64,000 bases of DNA from contig CAWJDT010000007.1 of NCBI GenBank assembly GCA_963841735.1, forward strand, positions 1 through 64,000, read 5' to 3'. The notes under the pieces are model-generated. The model had not been told where the DNA came from and did not search any database. It worked only from the letters and a program-made list of their open reading frames with translations. Positions 1 to 10,630 of the stretch are shown piece after piece; the stretch's first letter is position 1; every line of letters starts with the position of its first letter. Both the position numbers and the translations under genes were made by a program. Source of the DNA: an uncultured Actinomycetes bacterium (lineage in GTDB: Bacteria; Actinomycetota; Thermoleophilia; RBG-16-64-13).

Positions 1-2
1 CC

Positions 3-917
3 TACAACTCCTACCGCGGCAACGACCGCTACGACACCGCCATCCGCCTCTCCAAGGCCATCTGCCCGGCGGCTCTGCCCGCCGGCTCCGGAGTGGTCTT
101 GGCTCCCGGTGAGACTTTCCCCGAAGCCCTCTGCGGAGCTCCGCTGGCCGCCGCTTACGGCGGCCCGGTTCTGCTTACCCCCAGTGCCGGCCTCAGGAAT
201 GAAGTGAGGACCGAGATACTGAGGCTGGCGCCCAGCACCGTGTTCTGCATCGGTTTCTCCACCACGGTGATAACCGCCATCCGGGCAGCTCTCCCCGGGC
301 TCACGGTCATCCCCATCAATGGGACCACCGTCTACGACATGAGCTACCGGGTGGCCAAGGCCCTGCAGCAAAAAGTGGGCGACCTCACCGGAGCCACCGC
401 CATCATCACCATAGGCACCAACTTCCCCGACGCCCTGGGGGTCTCTCCGCTGGCCTGTGCCAAGCTATGGCCCATCCTGTTGACCGAACCCATCACCAAG
501 CTCGTACCTGAGCCGAAACTTAACCCCAAAGCCGGCCAGGCTCTATCTGAGCTAGGCATCACCCAGGTCATCAAGGTGGGCACCTATGTCACCACGCCGG
601 CCAACATCAAGTACTACAACCTCTCCGGAGCCGATCGCTACTTCACCAACGCCAACGTAGCCAAATGGGCCCAGGCCTATGCCGGACTTACCTATACGCA
701 CACCGGCATCGCCACCGGAGATAAGTTCCCCGACGCCCTGGCCGCCGGGCCGTTCCTGGCCAAGGACCGCGGTCTCTTGCTGCTCAGCCCGCTCAACGGT
801 TCTGTGCCGCCGCCCATCGTCGCCCTTCTTACCGCCAACGGACCCGCTGTGAAGCGCTTCAGCTATGTCGCCATGATCGAGCCGGTGATCGGGCAGGTCA
901 AGGGGCTGTTGCCGTAG
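3..917 (+). CDS. Cell wall-binding repeat 2 (CWB2) surface protein, 5'-truncated by the window edge
   Basis: Frame open from position 3 (YNSYRGNDRYDTAIRLS...); CWB2 motifs GxDRY, FPEAL, FPDAL, GPVLLT. Confidence 0.85.
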   Translation, partial: YNSYRGNDRYDTAIRLSKAICPAALPAGSGVVLAPGETFPEALCGAPLAAAYGGPVLLTPSAGLRNEVRTEILRLAPSTVFCIGFSTTVITAIRAALPGLTVIPINGTTVYDMSYRVAKALQQKVGDLTGATAIITIGTNFPDALGVSPLACAKLWPILLTEPITKLVPEPKLNPKAGQALSELGITQVIKVGTYVTTPANIKYYNLSGADRYFTNANVAKWAQAYAGLTYTHTGIATGDKFPDALAAGPFLAKDRGLLLLSPLNGSVPPPIVALLTANGPAVKRFSYVAMIEPVIGQVKGLLP

Positions 918-938
918 AGGAAGAGCGTAGTTTGGCCC

Positions 939-968
939 TTGCGCGGGGGTAGAGCCCTGGACTAGACT
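939..968 (+). promoter_or_regulatory. Putative sigma-A promoter
   Basis: TTGCGC-N18-TAGACT upstream of the 1051 CDS. Confidence 0.4.
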
Positions 969-1050
969 CGCCCTAGACAAAGCAGTCGCCGCAATGCCTG
1001 GAGGCCTAGCGCCCTCGGCGTGGTGCCAACGGTTCCCGACTGGAGGAGTC

Positions 1051-2793
1051 ATGAGTAGGTCGAAGGCAACGATTCTCACGAGTGCTCTGCTGGCTCTTGT
1101 AGTGGCGGCCGTTCTTGCCTGGCCGGGGGGCGCGCAGGCAGCGACTTACACCTCCATCCGCGGCGACCACCGCTATCACACGGCCCAGCTCATCAGCCAG
1201 ACCCTGTTCCCGCAAGCGCTACCGGCCGGCTCCGGTCTGGTGATCGCCCCGGGTGAGACCTTCGCGGAGGCCCTGTGCGGCGCGCCCCTGGCCGCGGCCT
1301 GGGGAGGCCCGGTGCTGCTGACACCATCGACTGGTCTGGAGAACGGCACCAAGGCGGAGTTGCAGCGCCTGGCCCCGGCCCAGATCTTTTGTATCGGTCT
1401 GTCCCCGGTGGCGGTCGCGGCCGTCCAAGCTGCTCTTCCCACCGCTACCGTGACCGTCCTCAATGGCGCCGCCGGTAACGTCTACGACATGAGCTACCAG
1501 GTGGCCAAGGCGCTGGCGGCCAAAGTGGGCACCGCCGGCAAGATGACGGAGGCTACCGCCATCATCACCGTGGGCAACAAGTTCCCCGACGCCATCGGGG
1601 TATCGCCCCTGGCTTGTGCCAAGCTGTGGCCCGTGCTGTTGACTGACGGGCCTACCACGGCCGATCCCGATCCAGACCTTAACCCCAAGGTCACCCAGTC
1701 GCTTGCGGAGCTGGGCATCACTTGGACCATCAAGGTGGGCACCTATGCCGGCACACCGGCCAACATCAACTACTACAATCTCTCCGGAGCCGATCGCTAC
1801 TTCACCAACGCCAACGTGGCCAAGTGGGCCCAGGCCTATGCCGGTCTTACCTTCACCCACACCGCCTTCGCCACCGGGGACAAGTTCCCCGATGCCCTGG
1901 CCTCCGGACCGTACTTGGCCAAAGACGGTGGCCTCCTGTTGCTCTCGCCGCTCAACGGTTCGGTGCCCACGCCTATCGGCGCCGTGCTGTCCGCCAACAA
2001 GGCCGCAGTGCAGCACCTCACCTACATCGCCTGCATCGAGCCGGTGATAGGGCAGGTGAAGGCGCTGCTGGGCTCGACGGTAAACCTGATCTTCATCCAC
2101 CACAGCGTGGGGGGGAACTGGTTGGCGAACGGCCTCTGCGCGGCCTTGAACGCCAGCAAATACCACGTGGCCGACACCACGTACGGCTGGACGGGCGGCG
2201 GGGGAGTGGACTACGGAAGCAGGACCGACACCGTCGACTGGCCTACGTGGTTCACCAACACCGTGATGAACCTGGCCTACGACGAGATGGACGCCATGAC
2301 TGCGCACAATACCGTTGCGGCTGCCCCGGGTGAGAACACGGTGATCATGTTCAAGAGTTGCTACCCCAACAGTGACGTGGGCTCAAGCATCACCGACGAG
2401 AAGGCCATCTACAACAGCCTGTTGCCGTACTTCCAAGCGCATCCGGACAAGATGTTCGTGCTTATCACTCCGCCGCCCATGCAGAATATCTCCTATCCTC
2501 TAAAGACTCGGGAGCTGTGCAACTGGCTCACCGATCGCAACACGGGCTGGCTCAAGACTCTCACCACGGGCAACGTCTTCGTGTTTGACTTCTACAACGT
2601 GCTGACCAACCCGAACGCTCACCACCGCCTGGTGGGTGGGGCGGAGGTACACGAGGTGGTTTCGGGCGCGAACACCCTCTACTACGATTCCAGCGGCGAC
2701 GATCATCCCAATGCCACTGGAAGCAACAAGGCGGCTCAGGAGTTCGTCCCCCTGCTGAACAAGTGGTACCAGGAGTTCAAGGCCAGCAGGTAG
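1051..2793 (+). CDS. Secreted CWB2 protein with C-terminal SGNH-like (esterase-type) domain
   Basis: GGAGG RBS then ATG 1051; signal peptide ending AQA; three CWB2 repeats; C-terminal FIHHSVG...FKSCYP...GDDHPN. Confidence 0.8.
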   Translation: MSRSKATILTSALLALVVAAVLAWPGGAQAATYTSIRGDHRYHTAQLISQTLFPQALPAGSGLVIAPGETFAEALCGAPLAAAWGGPVLLTPSTGLENGTKAELQRLAPAQIFCIGLSPVAVAAVQAALPTATVTVLNGAAGNVYDMSYQVAKALAAKVGTAGKMTEATAIITVGNKFPDAIGVSPLACAKLWPVLLTDGPTTADPDPDLNPKVTQSLAELGITWTIKVGTYAGTPANINYYNLSGADRYFTNANVAKWAQAYAGLTFTHTAFATGDKFPDALASGPYLAKDGGLLLLSPLNGSVPTPIGAVLSANKAAVQHLTYIACIEPVIGQVKALLGSTVNLIFIHHSVGGNWLANGLCAALNASKYHVADTTYGWTGGGGVDYGSRTDTVDWPTWFTNTVMNLAYDEMDAMTAHNTVAAAPGENTVIMFKSCYPNSDVGSSITDEKAIYNSLLPYFQAHPDKMFVLITPPPMQNISYPLKTRELCNWLTDRNTGWLKTLTTGNVFVFDFYNVLTNPNAHHRLVGGAEVHEVVSGANTLYYDSSGDDHPNATGSNKAAQEFVPLLNKWYQEFKASR

Positions 2794-2823
2794 GTGAGGC
2801 GCGCACTTTCGGCCGCGTGATAA

Positions 2824-2845
2824 GGAGCCCTCGCAAGAGGGCTCC
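2824..2845 (+). terminator. GC-rich hairpin, probable terminator
   Basis: GGAGCCCTC-GCAA-GAGGGCTCC directly after the stop at 2793; no U-tract. Confidence 0.55.
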
Positions 2846-2851
2846 CGCGCT

Positions 2852-2880
2852 TTGACGCTGGTGAACGCGCCTGCTATGGT
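2852..2880 (+). promoter_or_regulatory. Putative sigma-A promoter
   Basis: TTGACG-N17-TATGGT with TGn extension. Confidence 0.55.
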
Positions 2881-2957
2881 CGCCGAGGGGTCCGTCGCCG
2901 CGGCTCGTTTGCGGCGACGGCTCGCAGCGTGTGCCTAAGGCGTCCAGGGAGATTTCG

Positions 2958-3821
2958 ATGAACTCACGTTGCTTCAAGGGGATCCTTGGCATCATCGTCT
3001 TACTGTTGATCGTAGCCTTGTCGGCTCTGGGGTGCGTTTCTGGCGGAACCGACTCGCCTGTTACCACAGCCGCCGGTCCGACGGACATGACCGTCGGCGC
3101 CTACAAGGCCGAGGTGGCAACGATCTTCACCGATCTGGAGAGCGCGGGCAGTACCGCAGCTACAGCTATCAGTGACGCGCCCGGCCAAGCCGGCAGCGAG
3201 ACGGCGGCGGGCCTGGCACAGGCCGAGCTGATCCAGCAGGCCGCCGCGCAGTGGGCGACCGCAATCGGTGGGGCTCAGACCACCCTTGGGGCAATCACTC
3301 CGCCTGACGCAGCTGCCACCGTCCAAGCGGATCTCGCCAGTTTCCTCGGAGAATACAGGGCGTCTATCGACCAATTGGCCGGGAAGGCCGCTTACACCGC
3401 GGGAATCATCACCGCCTACGGCGAGTTGGTGGCTCCGACTCTGGAAGGCGGACCGATCGTCGTGAAGGCGGGCCTTGACAACTTCGCCGCCCAGTTGCAG
3501 ACGCTCAAGGTACCGGATGGTTTCGCCGAGATCCACGCCACCATCGTGGCCGATGCGGCGGCTACTCTGCAGACCGCGGACCAGATTGTCCAGATTCTGA
3601 GCGGCGGGACGGAGGCCGGCCGGACGGAGGCCCTTTCACCAGAGGAACTCGACCAGTACAACACGCTTGCCAACCAGTTCGCGGCCCAGTGGACGACGCT
3701 GGAGCAGGACTTCACCAACTGGCAGTCGGTCCAGGATGCGGCGCAGATCGAGTGGACCCAGGGTCAGGACGCGTTCGCGACCAGGCTCACTGAGCTGGCC
3801 CTGGCGATCGACAGCCTGTAG
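2958..3821 (+). CDS. Hypothetical alpha-helical lipoprotein
   Basis: ATG after GGGAG; hydrophobic signal with lipobox LSALGC; Ala/Gln-rich helical body. Confidence 0.7.
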   Translation: MNSRCFKGILGIIVLLLIVALSALGCVSGGTDSPVTTAAGPTDMTVGAYKAEVATIFTDLESAGSTAATAISDAPGQAGSETAAGLAQAELIQQAAAQWATAIGGAQTTLGAITPPDAAATVQADLASFLGEYRASIDQLAGKAAYTAGIITAYGELVAPTLEGGPIVVKAGLDNFAAQLQTLKVPDGFAEIHATIVADAAATLQTADQIVQILSGGTEAGRTEALSPEELDQYNTLANQFAAQWTTLEQDFTNWQSVQDAAQIEWTQGQDAFATRLTELALAIDSL

Positions 3822-3931
3822 GAGCACGACGCCGGCAGGTCCGGCTGCGGCGATCTACAAAGGAGGCCCCGGCGGGTGCTCTCATCGGCGCCTCAGTCGG
3901 CAACTGGGGGCCGCGCAGCCGGACCGAGCGT

Positions 3932-4358
3932 CTAGTGCCAGATAGTCAGCCCTGTCTGGGCGTCCATCTTGCGGATGACCGATGGCCCGGACAGCGTGTT
4001 CATGAGGATCTCGAGGTTGAACACCAGGGTGTTGTTGCCCAGGTGGCCGCCGTAACAGCGCCCTTCTTCGTCGGCGAGCACGACATGCAGGTGCACGATG
4101 GGCTCGCCGTTGAGTAGCGACACGTTGCCCGTCATGCTCACCACTTCGAGTCTCTGATCGAGCTCGAGGTCGATCCAGTCCTTCTTGGCCTGATCGTAGT
4201 AGCGGATGGTCGCTCGGGACACCGCGCCGATGCCGGATAGCCAGGCCAGGTTGATGCCCTTGTCCCTTACGAAGCTCTTCTAGCTCCTTAAGAAGGTCGC
4301 TTCCGAACGGGGGCTTGAGTATATGGGCCGGACCCAGCGACGCCTGCACGTTGAACAT
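3932..4358 (-). CDS. PPC/DUF296 domain protein (frameshifted)
   Basis: N-terminus MFNVQASLGP...GSDLLKEL joins a frame with LEVVSMTGNVS...VHLHVVL...YGGHL. Confidence 0.8.
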
Positions 4359-4390
4359 CGGACTTCACCTCACGCGGACTTTGTGGTTCT

Positions 4391-6036
4391 CTAAGCGTCC
4401 CACTTGAACTCGGGGGAGATGCGTTGTTCCCAGATCTCCTCGGTAGCGTCTTCGAGCAGCCTGGGTCTCTTCCATCGGCATATCGGTGATGAGGACCGAG
4501 GGGTCGCTGAGCAGGCGCACTTCCAACTCCGAAGCATCGAGGCGGCCGTCGTCGTTGACGGTGGAGTTCTTGTCCCTGAAGTGGAAGGCAAGCTCGTCGA
4601 GGTCCATGCCCTCGCGGTGAAGCACTACGCGTGGTGCGGTGCTGGGGAGGTCCCGGCGCAGGTCGATAAGATACTGGTACCAAACGATGTCCCAGAATAC
4701 TGTGAGAATCGTCTGCGGCTCGGCTCCGGCCAGACGCACCAGACTCGCCTTGGGTTTGCCCAGGCTGCGGCGGACGTCGCGGATGCGGTCGACGAAGACG
4801 CTCTCGTTGTAGTAACGCTGAGCGGCCTGTACGTCGCTGATGGCGAAGGTGCCTGTGATCTGCCCATCGTTTACCGCCAACTGGTGCGTATCCCAGGCTG
4901 CGACGTCCGGCTCGGAGGCGGCCGGCTTAGCGGCCGGCCGTTTGGCCGCCACCCGCTCAGCAGCGGCTCCGTCGGCCTCGGCTTTGGCCGCGGCCGATTT
5001 GGAGGGGGGCTTCACGGGCCTCTGCTCCGGAGTGGAGGCTGCGCTGAGTGCGGCTTTGCCCTGTTCGGCGCTTTCGACGGTGGCTTCAGCTTCGGCCGGG
5101 ACAGGGACAGGGGCAGGGGCTTCCAACGGCGCTACGGCTTCGGAATCCTGAGCTTCAGTTGCAGTGGTCGCGGCGGCTCGGGACTCGGCAACCAGCGAGT
5201 CGAGAGTGATGGGCGCAACTTCCTCAGGCCATACTAATGCCTCTGGGTGGGGCGCAGTCTCCGCCGCGACCGCGTCGGGCAACAGAGACTCGGCCTCGCG
5301 GAGGCGGCCACGCGTGATCTCCAGCTCTCGCTCCAACTCCTTGAGCCGGTTGTTGATCAGTGATGACTTGCCCTGAGTGTCGGTGAGCATCTCCGCGGCA
5401 AACTGTTCCAGCGAAGAGGCCAGCCGCTCGAGGGCCGATTGCATCTCACCCTGGAGGGCGAGCAGATCGGCAACAGGCATCAGCAGTTCGCGGGTCTTGT
5501 CGAGGAGGTCTTGGTCGGCTCTTTCGTCCGAGGCGGTGCGATTCTGTCTGGCGGGCTCGGCCGCGGAAGGCTCGGCTCGGCCGGGCGCAGGCACGACCGA
5601 AGTGGCCGGTGCAGCGCTCCAGGGGAGAGATGGCGGGTCTGCGGAGGCCCGCTGGGGGTCGAGGAGCCGTTCGCTGGCAGCGCTCCGTTCGGCGCGAGGA
5701 GGCCGTTCGGCGCGCGCAACCTCAGGAAGATAGGGCCCGTCGTCTTCTAGTGGCCCCGCGTCCCAGGGGACGGTGTCGTCATTGGTATCGTGGCGGCGGT
5801 CTGGAGACTCGCTTCGTCCGCGAGAGAAGAGCCGGCGCTTGCGCGGCCGGGAGGCTTCGTCGGCCCCGGGCTCGTAGGGAGGAAGATCTGTCAGGGCCGC
5901 ACCGGCGGCGCATTCCGGGCATAGCCGGGCCAAACTGCCGTCGGCGAACTCCTGGATGACGATGTCGTCCACGAGTTCCGGCTCCGCAGATCTCGCAATG
6001 ATCTCGCGGTGAGAGGAAGTCATCAGAATAGGCCAT
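4391..6036 (-). CDS. Hypothetical protein with N-terminal CxxC..CxxC zinc ribbon, coiled coil and C-terminal globular domain (frameshifted)
   Basis: AGGAGG RBS then ATG 6036 (MAYSDDF...CEICG), continuing into ...LCPEC; ends ...PEFKWDA in another frame. Confidence 0.65.
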
Positions 6037-6293
6037 GGTTCGCGCCTCCTTCCCCAACGTGTCCCGGGCGCTGAGGAATGCGGATGATGGATGGCGGTTA
6101 GTATATCAGCAAGGTCGGCGGTAGCCTTAGCTGGCGTGGGGCGCGCTGCGGTCACCGCCTAAGCGCTTAGTGCCACCCTCGGTCCTGACGCGCGGCCCCT
6201 TTGTTGGCGCACGGGCGCCGATTCTGTGTAAGATTTGGCTATGCACCCGGCGGTGGTTCGCGCGGGATGAGTTGGTTCGCCTGGGAGGTCTGT

Positions 6294-7713
6294 TTGCTCT
6301 TTCCCACAGGGGCGTTCGTCGCCTTCTTCGTGGTCGTGTTCGTGGTCAGCTGGACACTGGCCAGGCGTCCGCGCGTCTGGAAGCCGTTCATCTTGGTGGC
6401 CAGCTACTTCTTCTACTCCGGCTGGGGCTGGAAGTTCCTGTTCCTACTGCTGGGGTACACCGTGGTCGACTACTTGTGCGGCATGGCGCTCTCCCGGGCC
6501 AAGCAGAGGCGGAAGCTTGTGTTGGCGCTTGGCGTGGCCCTGAATCTTTTGCCGCTCGTCATCTTCAAGTACTACGGCTTCTTCGCGTTCAACCTCTCCG
6601 AGATTCTCGGGGTTGGGCTTGGGGTCGGACTCCCCTTGGTCCAGTGGGTCATCCCCGTGGGAATCTCCTTCACCACCTTCCGGGGCATCAGCTACATCGT
6701 CGATGTGTACAGAGGCCAGACCGAAGAGGCGACGCCGATCGACTTGGCCATATACATGTCGTTCTTCCCCTATTTGGCGGCTGGGCCCGATAGTCCGTAC
6801 CAACGAGCTACTGCCTCAGTTCAAGTCTCGGGGCCGCTCCCGCAAGATTGACACTGCCCAGGCGCTCTATCTCATCGTGCTGGGGCTGGCCAAGAAGCTG
6901 GTCATCGGGGACTTCTTGGCCCGCAGCCTGGTGGACGGCGTCTTCTCCACGCCCGGCCAGTTCTCGTCGCTGGACACGGTGGTGGGCATCCACGCCTACG
7001 CTGTGCAGATCTACTGCGACTTCAGCGGATACACCGACATGGCGTTGGGCGTCGCCCTTCTTCTGGGCTTCCGGCTGCCGCAGAACTTCGACCGTCCCTA
7101 TATCGCCGCTTCGCTGCGCGAGTTCTGGCGGCGCTGGCACATCACCCTGTCGCGCTGGCTGCGCGACTATCTCTACATCCCCATGGGCGGGAGCCGCAAG
7201 TCCACCATCGCCACCTATCGCAACGTCATGGTCACCATGGTGCTGGCGGGACTGTGGCACGGCGCCGGCTGGACCTTTCTGGTGTGGGGAGCGCTGCACG
7301 GCACCGGGCAGGCCGTCGAGCACTACTTCGCGGCGCGCAACAAGAAGCGGGGCGTCGAGCCACCTCCCCCAAGCGGACGCCGTCTGTTCCTGCGGCGGCT
7401 CTTCACCCTTGAGTTCGTATGTCTCGCCTGGGTCTTCTTCAGGGCCGATTCGCTGAGCGCGGCGGGTGACGTCATCGCCCGCACGTTCACGGCCTGGAAC
7501 AAGGCGCCTTCGTTCAGTTGGCTGGTCATACTGGCCATCGCGGTGGGCATAGGGTTCCAATACCTGCCCACCCGAGTGTCCGAGCGCCTACAGGCTATGC
7601 TGTCGCTCCGTCGCCCGGTGGTGCAGGGGCTGGTGGTCGGCCTGCTGATCTTCGTGCTGGTGGGTCTGCTGGGCGCCGAGGGCGTGACCAACTTCATCTA
7701 CGTGGGGTTCTAA
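6294..7713 (+). CDS. MBOAT O-acyltransferase, AlgI/PatA/DltB family (frameshift near 6790)
   Basis: GGAGG then TTG (MLFPT); PVGISFTTF, YCDFSGYTDMA, FWRRWHITLS, GLWHGA motifs. Confidence 0.9.
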
Positions 7714-7716
7714 GCG

Positions 7717-9033
7717 ATGCTCTGCGCGAACTGCGGAAAAGAGCTATCGAGGCGCAAAGGAGCTTCTGTCCCTATTGTGGTGCCACGGTGGGCGGCCCCC
7801 TCCGACTCCCAGAGACCAGCGGAACCGGAAAGGTAGAGGACCAAGCGCCCAGCCGCCGCAAGCGGGATAGACAGCCGCTATCGCGGTTCTCGACCAGCGA
7901 CTGAGACTGGTAGGCCCCAGGCCGGCAGACCGCCGGGCGACGGGCCCCAGGCGCGGCCGGCCCCGGGGAGCGGCCGCACCGTCGCCTCCTTCGCGCCTGC
8001 GGAGGGCCCTGCGATCTACTCCGAGGAGCCGTGGTCCGCGGCAGCGCCGGCTTCTCGGCTTCTGGCAGGCGCTCATGGTTTTGGTGGTCGCCATGCTGGT
8101 GGCCGGTCTGCTCATGGCCCAGCCGTTGGACTCCGCAGCCAAGAACATCGAGTCGGGGTCGCTCCGCGGCCTCGCCGGGTGGTCACCGCCCCGATCGCGG
8201 CGGTGAGCGGCCTACTTCGCATCGACAAGTTCTACGAATGGGCCAACGGCGACGACGGAAGAGGTGGCGAGCACGGATACCACTGAACGCACAACCACCA
8301 CCGGGCCCACAACGACTACCACAAACACCACCGACAACGGCACGAGTCCCGGCACCACCACCACAACGACGACCAAGCCGGTGTTCACCGCCGACAGACC
8401 GCTCAAGGTCTACCTGGCCGGTGACTCGTTGATGATCGAGGTGAGCCACGCCTTCACTCGGAAGTCGGAGAGCCTCACCTCCGTCGACGCTGTTCAAGCC
8501 TCGCAACCCGGTAGCTCCGGCTTCGCCAGATCCCGAGTTCTACGACTGGCCCAAGCAGCTCACCAAGGACGTGGGCGAGTTCAAACCGAGCGTCACGGTG
8601 ATGTTGTTCGGGGGCAACGAGAAGGTGCCCATGACCATCAACGGGGTCAAGGTGCAGCCCTTCACCGACGAGTGGAACGCGGAGTACGTCGAAGCGGGTG
8701 CAGGCGGGTATAGACATCACCACGAACACCGGAGCGATCGTCGTGTGGATCGGCATGCCGATCATGCGCAGCGACGAGTTCTCAGAGACCGCCCGCACGC
8801 TCAACGCCTTGTACAAGCAGATCTGCGATGACGACCCCGACCGCCTTCTACCTGGACGCCTACGAGCTGTTCTCCGACGCCAACGGCAAGTACTCGGCGT
8901 ACCTCATCGACTCAGACGGCGACAACGCAGTTGGTGCGCGAGAGACGACGGCATCCACTTCACGCCGGCCGGGGGGGACCGGGTGGTGGAGGCGGTTCTT
9001 GAGGTGCTCCGTGAGCCTTCGACCTGCGAGTAG
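7717..9033 (+). CDS. SGNH/GDSL (DUF459, PatB-like) O-acetyltransferase with N-terminal zinc ribbon (multiple frameshifts)
   Basis: MLCANCG...CPYCG; TM helix; Thr-rich linker; AGDSL, FGGNE and DGIHF catalytic motifs across frames. Confidence 0.7.
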
Positions 9034-9047
9034 CGAGGAGCACCGGC

Positions 9048-9370
9048 ATGATCGACGTTCGCCTCTATGCCCATCTGATGCCGGAAACCGGCGGGCCGCC
9101 GATCGCCGGAGGGGCTAGGCCGCGCGCTGCCGCGAGTGCGGGCGGCGCGGTGTCAGAGTCCACCGGCGCGGGCGCGCCACCGGCGCCCCGCTCGGCCGAG
9201 TTCCAGGTGAAGGCTCGGCCGGGCCTCACCGTCAGGGACGTGGTCGCCGAGGCGGGCGTCCGCCACAAGACGTGTACATCATCATGCTCAACAGCGTTCG
9301 AGTCGACCTTGACACACCCCTCACCGACGGAGACCGTCTGGGACTCTTCCCGGCCGTCTCGGGTGGCTGA
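9048..9370 (+). CDS. MoaD/ThiS sulfur-carrier family protein (frameshifted)
   Basis: IDVRLYAHL N-terminus; C-terminus in another frame ...LTDGDRLGLFPAVSGG-stop (diglycine). Confidence 0.75.
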
Positions 9371-9405
9371 CAGAAGTCCGTAATCCATTCTTCCGGAGGT
9401 TTTCG

Positions 9406-10590
9406 ATGCCCGTAGCCAAGAAGATCGCTGAAGCCGCGAAGCGCTCGTCGTGGATCAGGCAGATGTTCGAAGAAGGCGCCCGTCTGGCCTCCGTTCACGG
9501 GTGCGACAACGTCTTCGACTTCAGCATCGGCAACCCCAACCTGGAGCCTCCAAAGGAGTTCCAGGCGGTGCTCGAAGAGCTGGTGCACCATCGCACGCCT
9601 GGGATGCACGGCTACATGGCCAACGCCGGCTACCAGGAGACCCGTGATGCGGTCGCCGCCTATCTGGCCGAAGACCAGGGGGTGCCGGTCACCGGGGCCA
9701 ACGTGGTCATGACCTGCGGCGCCGGCGGTGCGCTCAACATCATCTTCAAGGCCATCGTCGACCCGGGCGACGAGGTGATCGTGCCCAGGCCCTATTTCGT
9801 GGAATACGGGTCGTATGTGGACAATCACGGGGGCGTGCTCAAAGCCGTGCCGGCCAAGCCCGACTTCGATCTGGACCTCGATGCTATCGACTCCGCCATC
9901 GGCGAGCGGACGCGGGCGGTGTTGATCAACTCACCCCATAACCCGACGGGGCGGGTCTATCCGGAGAGCACCGTCCAGGCTTTGGGAGAGCTGCTCCGCC
10001 GTCGGTCTGGCGAGCGGGGCCGGGTCATCTATCTGCTGTCGGACGAGCCCTACCGCAAGATCGTGTACGACGGAGTGCGGGTGGCCCCTGTGATGGCTGC
10101 CTACGAATACACCATCATCGCCTCCAGCTACTCCAAGGAGCTGTCAATACCGGGGGAGAGGATCGGCTACGCGGTCGCTAACCCGGCTATCGCCGAGATC
10201 GGGGCACTCATGGATGGGTTGGTCCTGGCCAACCGGGTGCTGGGTTTCGTCAACGCACCGGCCCTGATGCAGCGAGTGGTGGCCCGGCTGCAGGGTGTGG
10301 GGGTGGACGTGGCTCCTTACCAGCGCAACCGCGACGTTCTCTGGGAGGCGATGACCCAGGCCGGGTTCACGGTGTACAAACCCGAGGGCGCCTTCTACCT
10401 CTTCCCGCAGTCGCCCATAGAGGACGACGTGGCCTTCTGCCGGGAGTTGCAGGACAACCTGGTACTGGTGGTGCCGGGCAGCGGCTTCGGCCTGGCCGGC
10501 TACTTCCGCATGGCCTACTGCGTGTCGCCGCAGACGGTGGACTGCGCGCTGCCGGTGCTGCGCAAGGTGGGGGAGAAGTACTTCGGGTAA
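9406..10590 (+). CDS. PLP-dependent class I/II aminotransferase (aspartate aminotransferase-like)
   Basis: INSPHNPTG, SDEPY and SYSKELSIPGERIG (PLP lysine) motifs. Confidence 0.92.
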   Translation: MPVAKKIAEAAKRSSWIRQMFEEGARLASVHGCDNVFDFSIGNPNLEPPKEFQAVLEELVHHRTPGMHGYMANAGYQETRDAVAAYLAEDQGVPVTGANVVMTCGAGGALNIIFKAIVDPGDEVIVPRPYFVEYGSYVDNHGGVLKAVPAKPDFDLDLDAIDSAIGERTRAVLINSPHNPTGRVYPESTVQALGELLRRRSGERGRVIYLLSDEPYRKIVYDGVRVAPVMAAYEYTIIASSYSKELSIPGERIGYAVANPAIAEIGALMDGLVLANRVLGFVNAPALMQRVVARLQGVGVDVAPYQRNRDVLWEAMTQAGFTVYKPEGAFYLFPQSPIEDDVAFCRELQDNLVLVVPGSGFGLAGYFRMAYCVSPQTVDCALPVLRKVGEKYFG

Positions 10591-10630
10591 CCGCATATAA
10601 TTGGCCGGACAGAAGCGGAGAGGACGGCCG

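Noticed and set aside
8270-8380. ACC/ACG-rich tandem-like repeats (also ~30200, ~45830, ~48060)
   Set aside because: Encode Thr-rich linkers of secreted proteins
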